DNA of 50,901 nucleotides from Acutalibacteraceae bacterium. Lineage in GTDB: Bacteria; Bacillota; Clostridia; Oscillospirales; Acutalibacteraceae. A program made the translations under genes and the position numbers. Position 1 is the stretch's first letter. Every line of letters starts with the position of its first letter. This document shows, piece by piece, positions 46,093 through 50,901 of this stretch. The notes beneath the pieces are model-generated. The model searched no databases and was not told the DNA's origin. It saw only the letters and a program-made list of their open reading frames with translations. The stretch covers positions 1 through 50,901 of the forward strand of contig JAZSNQ010000152.1 in assembly GCA_045536515.1 (NCBI GenBank), given 5' to 3'.

Positions 46093-47120
46093 CATAAGAT
46101 GTCTCGTATGTAGGCATCTATTTTTGTCATTTGTTTTTGCTGGCGAGACTGCCAGATGTGAGTGTAGATGTCCTGAGTGGTTGAGGCTCTGGCGTGGCCG
46201 AGTTGAGCTTGAGCCGTCTTAACGTCAACTTCTGCATCGTAGAGCATGGTTGCGTAAGAGTGGCGAAGCTGATGAGAGGTGACGGTCAGTCCGGTCTCTT
46301 TCTGATATCGGGCGTAAGCTCGACGGAATTGAGTCTGACTCATAGGTTTATCGCCGTCTCCGAAGATGTAACCGTTTTTATTGGAAAGATAAGGAATGAG
46401 ATGCTCAGGAAGATATATCTCTCGGGTGCTACTTTCGGTTTTGGTATTGACAATCTTAGGCTGATTGGGAGTCCATATGACAGCTTTATCAATCTTTATA
46501 GTTTGCGATTTAAAATCAATGTCATCGGAGGTTAAAGCAAGGAGTTCTTCTCTTCTCATTCCGGTGAGGACTGCTGTGAACGCATACAGTCCGAAATGCT
46601 TATCAACAGACTTCAGGATTATCTGAATATCTTCCGGGGAAGCGGGCTCTCTTTTTTCTTGATGTAAACCTTTCGGGATATCCACAGCAGAGCAGGGGTT
46701 AGTCTTGAGTATACGATTATATATTGCGAAGTCAAAAATCTGAGAGAGAACAGATTTATTTATGGAGACGGTATCTTTTGCAAGACCTTTCTTTTTCAGA
46801 GACTTGAGGAAAGCATCGACATCGGAAGCCTCAATTTGAGAAATTGGCATTCCACTGAAGAAGTCTTTTATTTTATTAAGGCATCTGGTATATTTTGCGG
46901 CCGTGTTATATCCGATATCAGGGAAGTGTTCACGTTCCCAGGCATCGGCCACAGCTTCGAGCAATTCGCCATCTTCTTTTTTTGCAGAAAAAGCAAGAAG
47001 CTGTTTCTCAAAATCCCGAAGAGCTTTCTTTTCGGTATCCGCTTTTGAATAGAAAAGCTTTGATGTTCCGTCGGGTAGCTTGATTCGCTTTTGCCATCTG
47101 CCGTCGGGGCGTGTTTTCAT
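46092..47120 (-). CDS. int: Tyrosine integrase
   Basis: TGMRREE, HQLRH, LGH, IYTH. Confidence 0.95.
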   Translation of the reverse strand: MKTRPDGRWQKRIKLPDGTSKLFYSKADTEKKALRDFEKQLLAFSAKKEDGELLEAVADAWEREHFPDIGYNTAAKYTRCLNKIKDFFSGMPISQIEASDVDAFLKSLKKKGLAKDTVSINKSVLSQIFDFAIYNRILKTNPCSAVDIPKGLHQEKREPASPEDIQIILKSVDKHFGLYAFTAVLTGMRREELLALTSDDIDFKSQTIKIDKAVIWTPNQPKIVNTKTESSTREIYLPEHLIPYLSNKNGYIFGDGDKPMSQTQFRRAYARYQKETGLTVTSHQLRHSYATMLYDAEVDVKTAQAQLGHARASTTQDIYTHIWQSRQQKQMTKIDAYIRDIL

Positions 47121-47150
47121 AAAAAATCACATCCGTAAAAAATTTAAGTC

Positions 47151-47179
47151 AAGAGGAGAGCGAAAAGCTCTCCTTTTTT
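47151..47179. terminator. Intrinsic terminator upstream of integrase
   Basis: AGGAGAGC-gaaaa-GCTCTCCTTTTTT. Confidence 0.7.
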
Positions 47180-47228
47180 ATTGGTCGGGGACGAGGTTGT
47201 TTTTGTAGCATCTTGCCGCAAGGTTACG

Positions 47229-47798
47229 CTATTGGGAAATACATACAGGGCAGGGCGAGTATTTCATTTCTATTGCTCTCTGCTCGGTAGTTGAAATATA
47301 CGGCGTGGAAATAGTTTTAAAATCTTTGGTGAAATGTGGAGCACAAGCTTCGTTTGTATGGTGATACAACTTTGTGACCGGGTCTACCAAGCGTATATTA
47401 TATTCAGAGGCATCGCAGTCGGCACATATTTCTAATGTAGAATACAGGTAAATATCAACAATTTGCAAATTTGAGGAATTTGCTTTTTTGCAATAGAAAT
47501 CAGTATGATAAATCAAAGAACCGGGCTCAACATAATAATAATCACTGTCGTACGCCTGCTCGTAAGTTAAAAATCCGTATTCTTTGCAAATCAATTCATA
47601 ATATTCGATTATGCCGGAATAATACTCTTGGTTCTCTTCAAGACGTGCTTCTTTATTTAGACATTCTTCTTCTAATTCATAATAGTCTTCCTCTAATTCG
47701 TGATAAAGCGTCTCGTAGTTACTATCGGATGCACAAGAGGATAAGGAAAGACAAATGATTAGCAACAGAAAAGAACTAATAAGTTTGAAAGTTTTCAT
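47229..47798 (-). CDS. Putative lipoprotein with two YH..C..CxxC metal-binding modules
   Basis: Signal peptide with LSSC lipobox-like motif; IYHTDFYC..CADC and LYHH..C..CPVC. Confidence 0.75.
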   Translation of the reverse strand: MKTFKLISSFLLLIICLSLSSCASDSNYETLYHELEEDYYELEEECLNKEARLEENQEYYSGIIEYYELICKEYGFLTYEQAYDSDYYYVEPGSLIYHTDFYCKKANSSNLQIVDIYLYSTLEICADCDASEYNIRLVDPVTKLYHHTNEACAPHFTKDFKTISTPYISTTEQRAIEMKYSPCPVCISQ

Positions 47799-47864
47799 GG
47801 TGGAACTCCTTTAACTTATGATGATCCTTTTGTATTTGTCCGGAGAGCGACGTGATAAATGGGA

Positions 47865-48332
47865 TCAAGGTCTTATCACATAGCAAATAATGAATATGAC
47901 AAAATTTGCATATGAATGGACAAGAAGCCAAAAACACGCAGACTTGACGGGCTTTAAACAGAATTTATACGAATGGGTTCTTTGTAGTGCATTTTTATAG
48001 TCTGATCGTCTTGAAAGGTATAGATTAAGGCCTATGCTTGCGTATAGGCAAGAAAACAAAAAACATAGAGTATTTAACCACTTGAGGTTGACAAACCACA
48101 CTGAAGTTGAGAGGAGTAAAGGAATTACAGTATGCCTAAGAGCACTGAATTTAAGACTCCAAAACTTAGGGTCATCAGGCCAAATGGTAGAAAGCACATT
48201 GTAAGAACATAAAGCGTGAAAAGCCATTGATCCGGAAAGACCGGAGTAGTTTTTTCTCCAAACTATATTGATATAGATATAGAAGAATAAGAAAGAAAAG
48301 AGATGTAGTAAGCCTATGTGCACAAATGTCAT
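47865..48332 (-). CDS. Multi-TM membrane protein
   Basis: AGGAGG RBS; hydrophobic segments; AT-rich. Confidence 0.65.
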   Translation of the reverse strand: MTFVHIGLLHLFSFLFFYIYINIVWRKNYSGLSGSMAFHALCSYNVLSTIWPDDPKFWSLKFSALRHTVIPLLLSTSVWFVNLKWLNTLCFLFSCLYASIGLNLYLSRRSDYKNALQRTHSYKFCLKPVKSACFWLLVHSYANFVIFIICYVIRP

Positions 48333-48378
48333 TATAAGTGCCTCCTATTAAGAGAAATACTCTGATGCAAGGTTCCCG

Positions 48379-48780
48379 TTATAATGTATATAAAATGTAA
48401 AAGGTGGCAATAGCAATATTTGCAAGAATACCGATTTCTGCGATTACGGTTGATGATATATCGCATTCCCAATTGTAGGTACAAACGAAGGACTCATCGG
48501 TGGGAGCATAGACCTCCTTTATAAGCCGCATGAGGGCAATTTTGGAAATTATAGTATTCAAAATAGAGTTTGCGAGGATAACGCACATAATTGACAAGGG
48601 TGCAAACCAAAAAGATGTGCATATAGTGTGGTAAACAACGAAAGCGATTTCCAATAAAATGTTGAGACTTGAAAGTATTAAAAGGATGACAGGCATTGTT
48701 TTGTTTGATCCTGTAAAGTGACCGGCAGCATAGAATTGCTTATGGGTGAAAATAGAAAAAACGAGAAAAAGAAAAAACAT
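48379..48780 (-). CDS. Multi-TM membrane protein
   Basis: GAAGGTG RBS before ATG 48780; 3-4 hydrophobic segments. Confidence 0.65.
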   Translation of the reverse strand: MFFLFLVFSIFTHKQFYAAGHFTGSNKTMPVILLILSSLNILLEIAFVVYHTICTSFWFAPLSIMCVILANSILNTIISKIALMRLIKEVYAPTDESFVCTYNWECDISSTVIAEIGILANIAIATFYILYTL

Positions 48781-48865
48781 AAAAGCACCTTCTTTTATAT
48801 TTTCAACATGGCGGCAAACCGCGACTTGTTGAGATTTTAGGTTGATGTGCAACTAATTGCACATA

Positions 48866-49522
48866 TTACGGTTTGCAAATCCTGCACGGTTTGTGAGTAT
48901 ATTGAATTTCACCATAGTAAACAGGTGTTGCATCAGAGGTTACGTATTGGCAACTCCTTAAATGGTACTTAGTTCCGTTTTCTGTTATATAAAAGATTTG
49001 CCCGGTTTTTTGTTTGTAGGTAGTTTCAACATCTGCGACTCCTCCCTGAGCGAGGGAGGGCGATTGCTTGATCGGAACAAAAGAGAACAAGAGACCGATG
49101 AGGAAAGCGGTTATGGCTGTTGCACAGAGTGCAAAAACAGAAAAGCTTCTGCGATGAGGAGATAATACTTTATACGCAAAAACAGAGGCTTCCATTTCTG
49201 CAACATAAGAATCCTTTTTTGAAAGTTCATCGGTGTGGCCAAGCTCGATGTGACCGATCTCGTGCAGAATAAGAAAAAGCATTTTGTTCTCATCAACATT
49301 TGGGGTAATAAAAATAGCCTTTATTTCAGCGTCGAGAGTAAAAGCTTCTCGCGTCTGAACAAGACTACTAAGCTCGTATGCTTTAATGGCTGCTACTCCT
49401 GCGGATGAATTATAGAACAAAATAGAATAACCGAGCTGTTGGGCATAATCTTTGAGGACTTCAAAGGTTATGTCTTTTCGCTTTAATTTTCTTGAGAGTT
49501 TTCCGGCTTTTTTTAAGACCAT
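48866..49522 (-). CDS. ImmA/IrrE-like metallopeptidase with TM and C-terminal metal-binding module
   Basis: HEIGHIELGH..EMEA; TM; YITENGTKYH..C..PCRICKP. Confidence 0.8.
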   Translation of the reverse strand: MVLKKAGKLSRKLKRKDITFEVLKDYAQQLGYSILFYNSSAGVAAIKAYELSSLVQTREAFTLDAEIKAIFITPNVDENKMLFLILHEIGHIELGHTDELSKKDSYVAEMEASVFAYKVLSPHRRSFSVFALCATAITAFLIGLLFSFVPIKQSPSLAQGGVADVETTYKQKTGQIFYITENGTKYHLRSCQYVTSDATPVYYGEIQYTHKPCRICKP

Positions 49523-49574
49523 ATCATTTATCCCTTTCTTTTTTTGATGGTCGCGGAATGCCGGCATGTCTTTT

Positions 49575-49979
49575 TTAATCCGGGATTTTGGGTTTTTTAA
49601 GAGGTTCATTTTCAACAATATCTCCTCCGTAAGCAATAGCTTTAAAGCGGGGAAGCTCGTGGACGGAAACATTATCTACGTCAGAGCGGGAGCGCTTGTA
49701 ACTCTTTTCTATAATTGAAGAGACAAGCTCGTGGTCGCGCTCATCGAGAAAGGAGAACTTATCTATATGAGATTCGGGGTCATCGGTTCTGCCGAGGAGA
49801 TAATCAACGGAACAGCCGAGGTAGTCAGCTAACATGACAAGCTTTAATGCAGTTGGCATACTCCTTCCGCTTTTCCAGTCGCTTATATTACCTGACGAAA
49901 TACCGGTATCGTCAGAAAGTTTTTTTGCGGTTAAGTTTAATTCTTTTATCCGCAAAAACAAATTATCTAAATTAACCAA
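49575..49979 (-). CDS. CI/ImmR-like repressor
   Basis: HTH ISDWKSGRSMP..LADYLGCSVDYLLGRTD. Confidence 0.88.
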   Translation of the reverse strand: MVNLDNLFLRIKELNLTAKKLSDDTGISSGNISDWKSGRSMPTALKLVMLADYLGCSVDYLLGRTDDPESHIDKFSFLDERDHELVSSIIEKSYKRSRSDVDNVSVHELPRFKAIAYGGDIVENEPLKKPKIPD

Positions 49980-50015
49980 ATATTACAACTCCTTTTTGTG
50001 TAAATTGCTATTTTC

Positions 50016-50057
50016 TCGTATTTACGAAAATAGTAGCTGACTATTTCGTAAATACGA
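50016..50057. promoter_or_regulatory. Two operator palindromes
   Basis: TCGTATTTACGA (50016-50027) and TCGTAAATACGA (50046-50057) between repressor and Cro. Confidence 0.7.
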
Positions 50058-50139
50058 GATACAATACACTCACAAGGTTGATTACAACCCAAGTATAACA
50101 CAGAAGCAGTCGAAAAGCAATGAAAAAGGAGATGACGAC

Positions 50140-50343
50140 ATGAGCATAGGAGAAAAGCTGAGAGAGTTGCGAGAGGCACGGGGGCTTACGCAGAGAGAGG
50201 TTGCGAACAAGGTTTTTATAACGGTTTCAATGTACAGCGGAATTGAAACGGGAGTAAAGCAACCGTCCCTTAATGTGGCACTGGCTCTGGCACACTTTTT
50301 TGGGACAGACGTGGAAACCCTTGCGGGAGTTAATAAGGAGTGA
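50140..50343 (+). CDS. Cro-like XRE regulator
   Basis: LRELREARGLTQREVA..IETG..PSL; divergent from repressor. Confidence 0.88.
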   Translation: MSIGEKLRELREARGLTQREVANKVFITVSMYSGIETGVKQPSLNVALALAHFFGTDVETLAGVNKE

Positions 50344-50348
50344 TAACA

Positions 50349-50534
50349 ATGTCAAGAGAACAACCGTATTACCGTGAGGTGGTGGCTGATATTATTGAGA
50401 GGACAGGGAAGACGATACTGGGAGTGAATGATCTTCGAAAGTATCTGGGTGTGGGCCACAACAAGGCGGTCAGTTATCTGGAGAGGGGCGAAAAGAAGAT
50501 TACGGTATATCAGCTTGCCCGGAAGCTTATTTAA
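50349..50534 (+). CDS. Small HTH / excisionase-like protein
   Basis: AAGGAG RBS; DLRKYLGVG helix-turn-helix. Confidence 0.6.
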   Translation: MSREQPYYREVVADIIERTGKTILGVNDLRKYLGVGHNKAVSYLERGEKKITVYQLARKLI

Positions 50535-50559
50535 GGATAAAAGTGACAAGGAAAAGAGA

Positions 50560-50844
50560 ATGGAAAAACGGATACATAAAGTTAATTCCGAGCTTTGTGC
50601 CGGATGCCAATACCGTGCACGTGAGAGTGCGTTTGATGTATATCACTGCGATTATGCAAGTATTAAAATGAAGTGCAGATTGGACCCGCCGGGGAAGTGC
50701 ACGCATTACGAGAAGGACAAGCTCTACAATCCCGTCGAGGCAAAACGGAAGGAAGAAGATAAAAGGGAAAGACAGAGGGCATATAAAAAGGAGCACAGGG
50801 TAAAGAGCATGCGGCCGGTGGGAAGGCCGAGAAAGGGAGAGTGA
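50560..50844 (+). CDS. Cys-rich hypothetical phage protein
   Basis: CAGCQY..CDY..C..C. Confidence 0.65.
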   Translation: MEKRIHKVNSELCAGCQYRARESAFDVYHCDYASIKMKCRLDPPGKCTHYEKDKLYNPVEAKRKEEDKRERQRAYKKEHRVKSMRPVGRPRKGE

Positions 50845-50901
50845 AAAAATGGCGATACCGAAACCAAAGAAAAAGGATTACCGTGTCTGCGAGTTTTGCA
50901 A

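Noticed and set aside
49523-49672. N-terminal extension of the ImmA-like ORF
   Set aside because: Overlaps the repressor; AAAGGGA RBS supports ATG 49522.

Overview
Firmicutes (Clostridia-like) chromosomal window. 1-~41740 is the right-hand part of a temperate podovirus-like prophage. It carries a replication module (family A DNA polymerase, YopX, Dam-type methylase, PAPS-reductase/DndC-like gene, VirE-type primase, iteron origin, VRR-NUC, SNF2), a small reverse-strand XRE-controlled operon, terminases, portal, scaffold, capsid, short-tail proteins, a lysis cassette and a 4401-aa polyvalent DarB-like protein, and it ends at the 3' end of tRNA-Ile2(CAT). ~41740-45990 is host DNA (DUF4364-like, TPR/DUF5050-like, cupin, FMN riboswitch plus ECF S component, 3alpha-HSDH-like SDR). 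A second element starts at a tRNA-Thr(GGT) 3' fragment (integrase, membrane genes, ImmA-like peptidase, repressor/Cro). Best leads: (1) the PAPS-reductase-like gene holds three variant copies of its GFP..WC..K motif, one starting in each reading frame, gated by poly-G tracts, suggesting multi-state phase variation; (2) three RBS-bearing genes overprinted in the +1 frame of the giant protein's linkers, one directly after an ADP-ribosyltransferase domain; (3) a diverged second copy of the putative origin at the prophage end. All family assignments come from motif recognition, not database searches.
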